A DNA stretch of 64,000 nucleotides from an uncultured Dehalococcoidia bacterium (GTDB lineage Bacteria > Chloroflexota > Dehalococcoidia > Lucifugimonadales > Australimonadaceae), in the NCBI GenBank assembly GCA_958295525.1, contig OY282355.1, positions 655,504 to 719,503 on the forward strand, in the 5' to 3' direction. Below the pieces are notes generated by a model that worked only from the letters and a program-made list of their open reading frames with translations, ran no database searches and had not been told where the DNA came from. A program made the position numbers and the translations under genes. This document shows positions 32,679 to 41,814 of this stretch, in pieces. How positions within the stretch are numbered: the first letter of the stretch is position 1; every line of letters starts with the position of its first letter.

Positions 32679-34577
32679 ATGGACATCGTGAACCCCATCG
32701 TTAAGAACGCGCTGCGCGCGGGCTTGGAGGACGCCGACGCTTTCTGGGACGCAGCCGCGCGCAAACTGCCCTGGATGAAGACGTGGGACAAGGTGTACGA
32801 GGCGGACTACCCGTCGTTCCGTTGGTTCCTGGGCGCGCAAACCAACCTTTCGGCAATGTGCGTCGACCATCAGATCGAGACGGGCAGGGGCGGGCACGCG
32901 GCGTTCATCTACGCATCCGAGCGCGGAGGGCGCGAGGTCGTCACCTACGCGCAGTTGCGGCGCAGGGTGGAGGCCGCCGCCGCCGCTTTGCGCGGCATGG
33001 GCGTCGGCAAGGGCGATCGCCTGACGATCTATATGCCCAACGCGCTCGAGACCGTCACGCTGATGCTGGCGGCTGTTCGGATCGGCGCAATTCACTCAGT
33101 GGTGTTCGCGGGCTTCGGCGCGCCGGCGCTCGCCGACCGCATCCGCGCCAGCGGCTCGCGCCTCGTCTTTTCGGCGGACGTCGCCTACCGCCGGGGGACG
33201 GAGGTCAACCTGAAGGCGATCGTGGACGACGCGCTCGCGCTCGGCTGCGAGACGGTCGAGCATCAGGTGGTCGTCCTTCGCAACGAGGGCGTTCCGATGA
33301 CGAGCGGGCGCGACCTCTCGTGGGGCGAGTTCCTCGCGCGCGGCGAGGGGCAAAGCGGCGAGGCCGAGCCGATGGAGGCGAACGACCCCGCCTACATTCT
33401 CGCCACCTCCGGCACTACGGCCACGCCGAAACTCGCCGTTCACACGCATGGGGGCTATCCGGTCGGCGTTCACAGCCAGGGGCGCTGGTGCTTCGGTCTC
33501 GACGCGAGCGACGTTTGGTGGGCGACGTCCGACCTCGGCTGGGCGGTCGGCCACTCCTACATCGTTTACGGGCCGCTTCTCTTCGGCGCGACGTCCATTC
33601 TCTACGAGGGCGCGCTCGACTACCCCGGGCCGGACGTCTTTTGGCGGCTCATCGAGGAGTTCAGCGTCACGGGCGTCTTCACTTCGCCGACCGCCGTCCG
33701 CCTGCTGATGAAGTTCGGGGAGGAGCCCGCCAAAGGGTTCGACCTCTCCGCGCTGAAGCGGATCGTCTGCGCGGGCGAGACGCTCAACCCCCCTGTGTGG
33801 GAATGGCTGCAGAAGCGCGTGCTGGAAGACCGCGTTCCCGTGATAGACAACTGGTGGCAGACGGAGACGGGCGCGCCGGTCGTCGGCAACCCCTACGGGA
33901 TAGCGATGCTGCCGCAGAAGCCCGGCTCGGCGGGCGTGCCCTTGCCCGGAATGGACTTGGCGGTGGTGACGCCGGAGGGCGAGCCGTGCGGCCCCGGCGA
34001 GAAGGGCATTCTCGCGCTGCGCCGCCCGTTCCCCAACCTCACGCCGACGCTTTGGGGCGACCCCGCGCGCTACGGAACTGACTACTGGGAGCGCGTGCAC
34101 GGCGTCTACTTCACGGGCGACCTCGCGGAGATTGACGAGGACGGCTACGTGTGGTTCTCGGGCCGCGCCGACGAAGTGATCAAGATCGCGGCGCACCGGC
34201 TCGGCACGGTGGAGGTCGAGTCGGCCTTCCTGCGGCACGACGACGTCGCCGAGGCCGGCGTCACCGGCCGCCCCGACGAGTTGCGCGGCGAGGTCATATC
34301 GGCGTTCGTCGTGCTCAAGGACGGGCGGACGCCGGGCGAGCGGCTGCGCGCCGAACTCATCGAGACCGTGCGCCGCGAAATCGGCCCGTTCGCCGTCGTC
34401 AGCGACGTCAATTTCGTGCGGCTGCTTCCCAAGACGCGCAGCGGCAAGATTATGCGCCGCGTCCTCAAAGCCGTAACCCTCGACGCCGATCCGGGCGACA
34501 TCACGACGATAGAGGACGAAGGCTCCGTGGAGGAGGCGCGTCAGGCTTGGCAAGAGATGAAGAGTGAGATCGGGTAG
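32679..34577 (+). CDS. AMP-forming acyl-CoA synthetase (acetyl/propionyl-CoA synthetase-like)
   Basis: Start at ATG 32679 (GAGGGAGGG upstream). 'ILATSGTTATPK', 'YFTGDLAEIDEDGYVWFSGRADEVIKIAAHRLGT', 'LPKTRSGKIMRR'. Confidence 0.85.
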   Translation: MDIVNPIVKNALRAGLEDADAFWDAAARKLPWMKTWDKVYEADYPSFRWFLGAQTNLSAMCVDHQIETGRGGHAAFIYASERGGREVVTYAQLRRRVEAAAAALRGMGVGKGDRLTIYMPNALETVTLMLAAVRIGAIHSVVFAGFGAPALADRIRASGSRLVFSADVAYRRGTEVNLKAIVDDALALGCETVEHQVVVLRNEGVPMTSGRDLSWGEFLARGEGQSGEAEPMEANDPAYILATSGTTATPKLAVHTHGGYPVGVHSQGRWCFGLDASDVWWATSDLGWAVGHSYIVYGPLLFGATSILYEGALDYPGPDVFWRLIEEFSVTGVFTSPTAVRLLMKFGEEPAKGFDLSALKRIVCAGETLNPPVWEWLQKRVLEDRVPVIDNWWQTETGAPVVGNPYGIAMLPQKPGSAGVPLPGMDLAVVTPEGEPCGPGEKGILALRRPFPNLTPTLWGDPARYGTDYWERVHGVYFTGDLAEIDEDGYVWFSGRADEVIKIAAHRLGTVEVESAFLRHDDVAEAGVTGRPDELRGEVISAFVVLKDGRTPGERLRAELIETVRREIGPFAVVSDVNFVRLLPKTRSGKIMRRVLKAVTLDADPGDITTIEDEGSVEEARQAWQEMKSEIG

Positions 34578-34594
34578 AAGGGGGGGGTAGGGAG

Positions 34595-35239
34595 GTGGCC
34601 ATCGGCAGGAAGACGGCTGCGGGCTTGGGGCTTCTCCTCGTCCTGATCGTGGGCTGGCTGGGATTCAACACATACCTGTCTCTCGCGTTGGTCGGGCAAA
34701 CCGCGTTGCCGGAGAACACCGTGCTCACAGTGGTGGAACTTGGCTCAGGCTCCGTTGTCGCGCCGGTCGTGCTGACGGACGGCAAACGCTTGTCGGTGAC
34801 GCTGCGCGGCGTTGAGAGAACCAAACTCGACGCTTTCGGCAAAATTGCCCAGAGGCAGATCGCCGACCTCACGAACACCAGAGGCGCGGGCGGCTGGGTG
34901 CGGGTGCCCGTCGGCCTTTCGCAAGCGTCGTTGGAGATATGGGAATGGCGGGGCGGCGACTACGAGCCGCTGCTGATTCCGCTGGAATTCAGCGCTACGG
35001 ACTATCGGGACTACATCCGTCCGGTGGCCGAGAGCATGCAAGAAGAGATAGAGGCGAATTACAAGGACGCGAGAATACACTTCCACCGCTTGCTGGTGGA
35101 CAATGGGAACCGAGCAGGGGAATTCGTGTACTTCGAAACGCACTTCTCTTACAAGGAGCGCCTCGAAATCCTCGACGAAGCCTACTTGGACGACGTTCCC
35201 GAGTGGCGGGTCGGCGCCTACGCCGTCGCGTCGCGCTAG
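34595..35239 (+). CDS. Membrane-anchored hypothetical protein
   Basis: 214 aa, GTG start after GGGAGG. N-terminal TM 'GLGLLLVLIVGWLGF'. No family recognised. Confidence 0.5.
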   Translation: MAIGRKTAAGLGLLLVLIVGWLGFNTYLSLALVGQTALPENTVLTVVELGSGSVVAPVVLTDGKRLSVTLRGVERTKLDAFGKIAQRQIADLTNTRGAGGWVRVPVGLSQASLEIWEWRGGDYEPLLIPLEFSATDYRDYIRPVAESMQEEIEANYKDARIHFHRLLVDNGNRAGEFVYFETHFSYKERLEILDEAYLDDVPEWRVGAYAVASR

Positions 35240-35250
35240 CGCCGCGCCGC

Positions 35251-36168
35251 CTACGCTGCGAACAGTTCCTCGAGCGTCCAGCGTTTGCGGATGATCTCCG
35301 TTTCGTAGAGGTAGTCCACGACGGCTTGCACGGACGCGCCGTGAACGTCGAGCCCTTGCGCTCGAGGGAAGAGGCCGAGCCGCCGCAGGTCGCCGACGCG
35401 CAAGCCCTGATGCACCGCGTCGTCCGGCTCCTCCGCCATATAGATTGCGGTCGCCTCGTCCATCGCGGCGCGGACGGCGTCGGCGAGGCCGGGGCTCTCG
35501 GACGCGGACTCCTCCCGCATCACGAGGAGCGTGTTGATCGGGAAGACGCCCGTTTCGGCGTGATAGCGCTGCAGGAGCGGGTAGGGGTCGTTTACGAGCA
35601 GGCGCGCGCCCTCCGGAGGCGCGGCGTTGCCTCCCGCGACGACGAGCGCGTCCAACTCGCCTGCGGCGAGACGGGCGTCGAGATCGGCCATTCGCTCGCG
35701 GCGGAACCGCGCGGGCTTGGGATAGGGGATGTCGCGCAGCGAGTCGTTTTCGCCTTCGACCCACGTAATGCTGTCGGGGGCGACGCCGTACTGACGGGCG
35801 AGAATGCCGCGCAGCCAGACCGCGGGGTTGGAGGCGAACCCCAGGGGCGCGCCGACGCGCTTGCCCGCGAGGCCGCCCGGCTCCTCGATGCCCGCCGCAT
35901 TGCGCACGGTGACGCCGGTGAGCGGGAAGAAGAGGTTGGGGAAAATCGGCAAACCGGCGAGCCGGACGCCGTTGTCCTTCGCCACGATGAAGTTGCCGAT
36001 GGTGAGTTCGCCGACGTCGTAGGGGCGCGTAGTGACCATCGCCGGAAAGATCGGGGCGGGCGCCGGGCCCGCGTCCACGATGTCCGCGTCCGGCCAGGGG
36101 ACGGCGACGCGCCCGCTCAGCAGGTGGCGGGTGATGAGGCGGTTGCCGACTGCGATGGAGGCGGCCAT
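35251..36168 (-). CDS. PhtD-like / binding-protein-fold protein
   Basis: Start at ATG 36168 (MAASIAVGNRL). 'YDVGELTIGNFIVAKDNGVRLAGLPIFP', 'GKRVGAPLGFASNPAVWLRGILARQYGV'. Confidence 0.55.
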   Translation of the reverse strand: MAASIAVGNRLITRHLLSGRVAVPWPDADIVDAGPAPAPIFPAMVTTRPYDVGELTIGNFIVAKDNGVRLAGLPIFPNLFFPLTGVTVRNAAGIEEPGGLAGKRVGAPLGFASNPAVWLRGILARQYGVAPDSITWVEGENDSLRDIPYPKPARFRRERMADLDARLAAGELDALVVAGGNAAPPEGARLLVNDPYPLLQRYHAETGVFPINTLLVMREESASESPGLADAVRAAMDEATAIYMAEEPDDAVHQGLRVGDLRRLGLFPRAQGLDVHGASVQAVVDYLYETEIIRKRWTLEELFAA

Positions 36169-36169
36169 G

Positions 36170-36760
36170 CTAGGGGTTGACCGTCGTCGCGGAGGAGAAC
36201 ACCGCGCTGCGCCCGCTCTCAACGTCGTAGCGGTGGCGCTGGACGTCGTTCAAGTCCATGCTCGTGATGCGGACGTAGATCGTCTCCTCCTCCGTCGAGC
36301 CTTGCACGCTGTGAATCTCGCCCGGGAGGAAGTAGTCCACGTCGCCGTCCCGCTGCAGGATCTCCTGCGTCTTCTCGAACGAGGGCAGTTCCGAGCGGTC
36401 GCCGCTGTAGCGGTAGGCGTAGCGCGTTTGGGCGTTCGAGCCGCTCTTGACGCCGTAGACGACCCAGCAGACGCCGTGGTCGTGCGGCGCGGGGCGTTTG
36501 ATCTGCTGCGGGGGCTGGCGGTAGGCGAGGACGACGAAGCCGGGGCCGGGGTGCCCGAGCTCAGCGTCGCGGTAGACCTCGAACGTCCCATCGCCGTCGC
36601 CGAACTTGGGGCTGTTCTCCGGCCAACCGCTTGCGAACGCGCGGCGCAGCAATCCGGCGACGGCGTGCGCCTGATGCATGGGGTCGCGGTTCGCCGTGAA
36701 CGCCTCGCGCGCGTCGGCGATGAACTCCTGTTCCGTGTAGGTCGCCGCTTCCGTGGTCAT
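36170..36760 (-). CDS. Cupin, cysteine-dioxygenase type I-like
   Basis: 196 aa from ATG 36760. 'PHDHGVCWVVYGVKSG', 'LPGEIHSV'. Confidence 0.55.
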   Translation of the reverse strand: MTTEAATYTEQEFIADAREAFTANRDPMHQAHAVAGLLRRAFASGWPENSPKFGDGDGTFEVYRDAELGHPGPGFVVLAYRQPPQQIKRPAPHDHGVCWVVYGVKSGSNAQTRYAYRYSGDRSELPSFEKTQEILQRDGDVDYFLPGEIHSVQGSTEEETIYVRITSMDLNDVQRHRYDVESGRSAVFSSATTVNP

Positions 36761-36777
36761 TGACGGTCTCCTTTGGG

Positions 36778-37746
36778 TTACGTGTCCAAGGTTGTTTCGT
36801 AGAAGAGGTCTTCGATGGCGAGGGGCTGCGGGATGAGCCCTTGCTCCGCCTCGTAGCGGATGAACCGCTCGAGGTTGGCGCGGTTCGCGGCGACGCCCGA
36901 CGGCCAGGGGTCGGGGCCAAGCGTTCGCCGCTCCTCTTCCAAGTAGTGGCGTCCCCAGGCGAGCCGGCTCCAATTCGGGTCGTCCATATAGCGTTCCCAC
37001 CGCCGCTTCGCCTGTTCGAATCCGTCCAGCAGGCTCACCGGCGCCCACGGGAGCCGATCGGCCACCTCCGATTTCATCGCCACGACGTGCATTATCGGAT
37101 AGAAGCCGTTGCGTTGATAGTAGCGCGATTCCTCGGCGCGCGGGTCGGCGAAGAGCCGCCCGACCTCCGGCGCGCCTTGCAGGTAGGGTAGGGGCGGGCG
37201 GGGCGCCAGATAGGCGGCGACCTCGCCTGCGGTCAGCGCGTCGCCGAGTTTGCGCTCCGCGCTCATCCGCTCGATTTTGACGCCGGGCGGCGGATCGAAC
37301 GCCACCGGCTCGTCCGCCGTCGTCACCCACGTGACGCCGTCGAGAGGCACGCCGTACTCGCTGGCGAGGTCGCCTTTCGCGAGAACGGAAAGCGTCGTTT
37401 GAAACGAGCGGAGGGCGACGCGCTTGCCGATCAGGTCCTGCGGCTCTCGGACGCCGGATTGCGTGTTGACGTACATCTGCGACTGGCTGAACAGGCGGCG
37501 GGGAAAGACGGGGATGGCCGTGAGAGCCGCGCCGCGGGCTTTCGCCATCACGTAGGAGCCGAGGGAGAGTTCGCAAACGTCGAACTCTTGGTGCAGGAGC
37601 ATACGCTCGTGCCTGCGTCCGCCCACTCCGTCCTGCCCGATGATGAGGACGGTCGGATCGATGCCCTCGGGCCGCACTGCTCCCTCCATCCAGGGCGCGT
37701 GGCGGTCGTAATGCTCCAGCGCGACGCTGAGAGGAATGTTCGCCAT
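36778..37746 (-). CDS. PhtD-like (4,5-dihydroxyphthalate decarboxylase-like) protein
   Basis: Start at ATG 37746 (MANIPLSVALEHYDRH). 'FDVCELSLGSYVMAKARGAALTAIPVFPRRLF', 'GKRVALRSFQTTLSVLAKGDL'. Confidence 0.6.
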   Translation of the reverse strand: MANIPLSVALEHYDRHAPWMEGAVRPEGIDPTVLIIGQDGVGGRRHERMLLHQEFDVCELSLGSYVMAKARGAALTAIPVFPRRLFSQSQMYVNTQSGVREPQDLIGKRVALRSFQTTLSVLAKGDLASEYGVPLDGVTWVTTADEPVAFDPPPGVKIERMSAERKLGDALTAGEVAAYLAPRPPLPYLQGAPEVGRLFADPRAEESRYYQRNGFYPIMHVVAMKSEVADRLPWAPVSLLDGFEQAKRRWERYMDDPNWSRLAWGRHYLEEERRTLGPDPWPSGVAANRANLERFIRYEAEQGLIPQPLAIEDLFYETTLDT

Positions 37747-37748
37747 CG

Positions 37749-38813
37749 TCACAACTCCTCGCGGTGCTCCCTCGCCATAGCCCGGATTTCCTCTTCCTGC
37801 AGTAGGACGGAGCGGCCGTCCCGCCAGAAAGGCTCGCCGTCCAATTCTATCGTCTGATCGGACAGGTAGGCGGACAAGGGCGTCTGCGTTCTTCCAATAT
37901 GGAAATGCATCACGTCTTGATTGCTCTGCTGGCCGGGCCGCTTGGCGGCTTTGGGATGGAACCCGCCGTGGAAGGAGTCCACGGCGTAGGCCAAGTCTCT
38001 CCCGTAGCGCGCCTCGTTCGCGTCCAGCAAGCGTTCGAGTTGCGCGCTCGTCCACACCGTGTTCCCCGTGGGGTCGTCTCGCTGGTTCGGGCGCGCCGCC
38101 TCCTCCCGCCATTCGACGCTGCGGAGCCGGTTGCCGCTCACTTCCAGCATTATCGGATTGTGGAACGGCTCGCGGTCGGCCATCCCGGGATGATCGAAAG
38201 CGATCACGCCGTTCGCGTCCGCTGAGCCGATAGGCGCGTAGACCTCGCCCGGAAAGACGCGCTCGGCGCGGCTCATCTCCGCGTCCTGCGTGAAGAAAGC
38301 GTCCGCCACTTCGCTCGCCGAGGCGACTCGCCCTGTCACGTCGGTCCCTCGGGGGCTCGTCACGCGGTAGGCGGAGGCCCGCCCCGTCCGCTCCTCGATG
38401 CGCCCTGCCAGCGCCATCACGAGCCGCCAGTCGAAGCGCGCGTGCGGAGTCGCCATGCCCTCGGGCGCGCGGATGCGGTTGTTGATGCGGATCATCCCTT
38501 CCGCGCCGTTGGCGCGCAGAAGATCCAGAAGAACGGCGCGGTTGAGGTTGCAGTTCATCAGCAGTTTGTCGGCGCCGAGGACCGCGCCCGCGATGGGCTT
38601 CGGGAGTTCCTCGACCCCTGCCAGGGAGTCCGTCCAGAGCGCGTAGGGGACGCCTCCGGCGTCGCTTACCGCCTGCTCGAGGAGCGCGGACAGTTCGGCG
38701 TCGAGCGCGCCGCGCTCGTTGAGCAGCAGCACGGATTCCCCGCGCTCGATGGCGGCGCAGCGCAGAGCCAAGTTGTTCACGCCCGCCTGAACGGCGGCGG
38801 CGTCAGCCATCAT
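37749..38813 (-). CDS. M29 aminopeptidase-fold protein, possibly NicX (2,5-dihydroxypyridine dioxygenase)-like
   Basis: 354 aa. Weak by-eye resemblance only ('VDSFHGGFHP', 'MHFHIGRT', 'IELDGEPFWRDG'). Confidence 0.35.
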   Translation of the reverse strand: MMADAAAVQAGVNNLALRCAAIERGESVLLLNERGALDAELSALLEQAVSDAGGVPYALWTDSLAGVEELPKPIAGAVLGADKLLMNCNLNRAVLLDLLRANGAEGMIRINNRIRAPEGMATPHARFDWRLVMALAGRIEERTGRASAYRVTSPRGTDVTGRVASASEVADAFFTQDAEMSRAERVFPGEVYAPIGSADANGVIAFDHPGMADREPFHNPIMLEVSGNRLRSVEWREEAARPNQRDDPTGNTVWTSAQLERLLDANEARYGRDLAYAVDSFHGGFHPKAAKRPGQQSNQDVMHFHIGRTQTPLSAYLSDQTIELDGEPFWRDGRSVLLQEEEIRAMAREHREEL

Positions 38814-38816
38814 TCG

Positions 38817-39098
38817 CTAGTCCTCCCACGCCTCGGGGTCTTTGAGGTAGATATGGACGTCGACCCGCTCGATTTCGATCTGCGTCTGGCCTTCGAGCAT
38901 AAGGTCGATTGCTTGTCCGACCCACTTGCCGAGCGGGCCGGCTTCTCCCACCAGGGGCAGAGGCCCCGGCAAGCCAATGATCAACGGCTTGCTTTCGGCG
39001 GAGGCGCGCGCTACGGATTCGGCGGGCGCCGCTCTCGCGAGGACCGCCGTCTTGCCTGTCTGCTCTTCCATTGCCACGGTGCCGAGGTCATCCTCCAT
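38817..39098 (-). CDS. Small hypothetical protein
   Basis: 93 aa, stop 3 nt before the downstream gene start. Start uncertain (alternative Met at 39071). Confidence 0.35.
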   Translation of the reverse strand: MEDDLGTVAMEEQTGKTAVLARAAPAESVARASAESKPLIIGLPGPLPLVGEAGPLGKWVGQAIDLMLEGQTQIEIERVDVHIYLKDPEAWED

Positions 39099-39119
39099 TC
39101 CGCCAATCCCGGACAGCCC

Positions 39120-40211
39120 CTAGTTCAGCCGGTAGAAGCGCTCCGAGTTGGCGTGAAGGATGGCGGCCTTGTCGTCGGCGGTGAGCGACGGGTTGTCCCT
39201 GATCTCGGCGATTTCCTCCTTGCACGTCTCGTGATTCACCTCGTGCGGGAAATCCGACGAGAAGATGAAGGGCTTGGCGCTCGCCACCTTGACCGCGAAC
39301 GGCAGCGTGAGTTCGTCGCCCTCGACGCCGACGTACACGCGGCCTTCGTCGACGTGCCTGAGGATGTAGTCGGTGACGGACTCGCCGTTCCGCAATTGCA
39401 TAAACCGCTCGTTCGGGTCGTACTGGATGTGGCTGTCCCACGAGCGCTGGAAGCGTTCGAGGCAGCCGACGAACCACGCGGAGCCGGCCTCCAGGAAGCC
39501 GAAGCGGGCGTTGGGGTAGCGATCGAGCACGCCGTTGAACACGATGCCCGCGAAGTTGACCATCTGGCCGAACGGATGGCCGAGCGCGTTGACCGGCGCG
39601 TAAGGGCTCATATCGTCCAGCCCCATGTGGTCGTGGACGCCGCCGTGCACGCCGATGGCGCAGCCCAGCCGGTCGGCCTCCTCGTAGATTGGCCAGTACT
39701 TGGGGTCGCCGAGGTGGTTCTGCAGTTGGAGCGCGCCGGTGCCGGGGAGCATCGCGCCCGTGAAGCCCAGTTCCTTGACGATGCGGCGCAGTTCGATGAC
39801 GGCCTCGGCGGGCTCTTGCAACGGGACGAGCCCCATCGCCTGGAAGCGGCTGTCCTTGCTGACGTACTCGTCGTGCACCCAGTTGTTGTAGGCGCGGGCG
39901 AGTTCGATGGCCCAGTCGCGGCTGACCACCCGCCCGAAGGCGAGGCCGTTGGACGTGTAGAGGACGGTCTTGTCCACGCCGACGTCTTGCAGGAAGTCGA
40001 TCCAGCCTTCGCGGCCCACGCGGGCGAACGCGCCTTCCGGCAGGAAGTGGCGGTTGGCGGCGTGCAGGTGGTCGTTGGGCGGGAAGGGGCCGCGCGTGGT
40101 CACAAAACTGCGGTCGCGGTAGACCTCCGGCATCCGCTCCCAGATGGCCGCGTGGTCTTCCACCAGGTGGCCGTCGCCGTCCACGACGCGCTCGATGTTT
40201 TCCGTAGTCAT
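39120..40211 (-). CDS. Amidohydrolase_2 family enzyme
   Basis: Start at ATG 40211 (MTTENIERVVDGDGHLVE). 'GAMLPGTG', 'IGVHGG', 'FLEAGSAW', 'FSSDFPH'. Confidence 0.8.
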   Translation of the reverse strand: MTTENIERVVDGDGHLVEDHAAIWERMPEVYRDRSFVTTRGPFPPNDHLHAANRHFLPEGAFARVGREGWIDFLQDVGVDKTVLYTSNGLAFGRVVSRDWAIELARAYNNWVHDEYVSKDSRFQAMGLVPLQEPAEAVIELRRIVKELGFTGAMLPGTGALQLQNHLGDPKYWPIYEEADRLGCAIGVHGGVHDHMGLDDMSPYAPVNALGHPFGQMVNFAGIVFNGVLDRYPNARFGFLEAGSAWFVGCLERFQRSWDSHIQYDPNERFMQLRNGESVTDYILRHVDEGRVYVGVEGDELTLPFAVKVASAKPFIFSSDFPHEVNHETCKEEIAEIRDNPSLTADDKAAILHANSERFYRLN

Positions 40212-40255
40212 AGCTTCTCTCTCCTTGATCGTGCCGCCGGTTGCGGCGGAGCGGC

Positions 40256-41356
40256 TCAGTTCGCGGCCAGCCGGTAGAATCTGGCGGCGTTGCGGAACAT
40301 AATCGCCTCTTTGTCGCCGGACGACATATCCGCGTTCTCCCGCAGTTCGTCCAACTCCTCCTTGCAAGTGTTGGCGTCCACCTCGTGCGGGTAGTCGGAG
40401 GAGAAGAGGTAAGGCTTGTTGCCCGTGAGGCGGACGGCCTCGGGAAGCGCCAGTTCGTCGCCCTCGACGCCGACGAAGATCCGGTCTTCGTCTATATGCC
40501 GGCAGACGTAGTCGGAGACGCGCTCGCCGTCGCGCAGTTGCAGGAAGCGTCCGCGCGGGTCGTACTGAACGTGCGACGCCCACGAGCCGTTGAAGCGCTC
40601 CATGCAGGTGAGCAGCCAGGCGGCGCCCGCCTCCAGGAAGCCGATGCGGACGCCCGGATACTTGTCGAAGACGCCGTTGAAAACGATGCCCGCGAAGGCG
40701 ACCATTTGCCCCATCGGGTGGCCGAGCGCGTTGATCGGCGCGTAGGGGCTCATATCGTCCATCAGAAAGCCCTCGTGCGCGCCGCCGTGAATGCCGAGCG
40801 CGCAGCCCAGCCGCTCCGCCTCCGCGTAGATCGGCCAGAACTTGCGGTCGCCCAGGTGGGGCTGCTGCGCGCCGGTCGAAGGGAGCATCGCGCCGACGAA
40901 CCCCAAATCCTGAACCATCCGCCGCAACTCCTCGACCGCCGCGTCCGGCTCCTGCAGCGGCAGCAAGCCCATCGCCTGGAAGCGGTCGCCGCGCGAAACG
41001 TAGGTGTCGTAGACCCAGTTGTTGTAGGCGCGGGCGAGCATCACGGCCCAGTCGCGGCTGACGATCTTGCCGAAGCCGAGCCCGCTCGTCGTGTAGAGCA
41101 CGGTGGAGTCCACCCCGACCTCGTCGAGGAACTCCATCCAGCCGTCCGGCCCGACGTTGGCGAACGCGCCCGGAGGCGTGATGTGGCGGTTCGCGGAGTG
41201 CAGGTGGTCTATCGGGGGGAAGGGGTTGCGCTCGCTGCGCGCCTCTCCGAAACTCTTGCCTCTGAACTCGTCCGGCATATAGGAGACGATGCCGGCGATG
41301 TCCTCCATGATGTGGCCGTCGCCGTCTATGATGCGTTCCAGGTTCGCCGTTGCCAT
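40256..41356 (-). CDS. Amidohydrolase_2 family enzyme (tandem paralogue)
   Basis: 366 aa, MATANLERIIDGDGHIMED. Collinear with 39120..40211 over its whole length. Confidence 0.8.
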   Translation of the reverse strand: MATANLERIIDGDGHIMEDIAGIVSYMPDEFRGKSFGEARSERNPFPPIDHLHSANRHITPPGAFANVGPDGWMEFLDEVGVDSTVLYTTSGLGFGKIVSRDWAVMLARAYNNWVYDTYVSRGDRFQAMGLLPLQEPDAAVEELRRMVQDLGFVGAMLPSTGAQQPHLGDRKFWPIYAEAERLGCALGIHGGAHEGFLMDDMSPYAPINALGHPMGQMVAFAGIVFNGVFDKYPGVRIGFLEAGAAWLLTCMERFNGSWASHVQYDPRGRFLQLRDGERVSDYVCRHIDEDRIFVGVEGDELALPEAVRLTGNKPYLFSSDYPHEVDANTCKEELDELRENADMSSGDKEAIMFRNAARFYRLAAN

Positions 41357-41477
41357 TCGCGCCCTCCTGCGTTGCGGTTCTCTATCCGCCGTCGCTGTCC
41401 GTCCGCCGTCGTTCGGGACTCAGGCGGGATTGTACGGCGGGAAACGTCAATCGGCAATCCGCGCCGCGTTTCGCCCT

Positions 41478-41813
41478 CTTGCCGTCATCCCCGCCCCCTT
41501 GCCGTCATTCCCGCGTAGGCGGGAATCTCGCCCCCTGGACGGGGCGCAACGCGCCCCGTCTCCACGTTATCCCCGGGGCCACGTCATTCCCGCGAAAGCG
41601 GGAACCTACTGGAAACGCCCCCCTTGCCGTCATCCCGCCCCCTTGCCGTCATTCCCGCGTAGGCGGGAATCTCGCCCCCTGGACGGGGCGCAACGCGCCC
41701 CGTCTCCACGCGCCCCACGCGCCACGCCCTGCCTGCGAAAGCAGGAACCTACTGGAAACGCCCTTGCCGTCATTCCCGCCCCTTGCCGTCATTCCCGCCT
41801 ACGCGGCAACGAC
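41478..41813. repeat. Composite REP-like cluster (two ~125-bp units of hairpins A-C-B)
   Basis: cttgccgtcattcccgcgtaggcgggaatctcgcccc + ctggacggggcgcaacgcgccccgtctccacg + cacgtcattcccgcgaaagcgggaacctactgg, repeated. It abuts the mcrC stop codon. Confidence 0.9.
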
Positions 41814-41814
41814 G

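Noticed and set aside
33096-34553. 485-aa minus ORF (and the + ORF 32783..34081)
   Set aside because: Both overlap the acyl-CoA synthetase gene, which carries canonical AMP-binding motifs. The alternatives are Arg/Gly/Ala-rich shadows.
38442-41518. Two long + ORFs (38442..40277 and 40241..41518)
   Set aside because: They lie antisense to four well-supported minus-strand genes. Composition is dominated by Arg/Ala/Val/Gly/Asp, typical of shadow frames.
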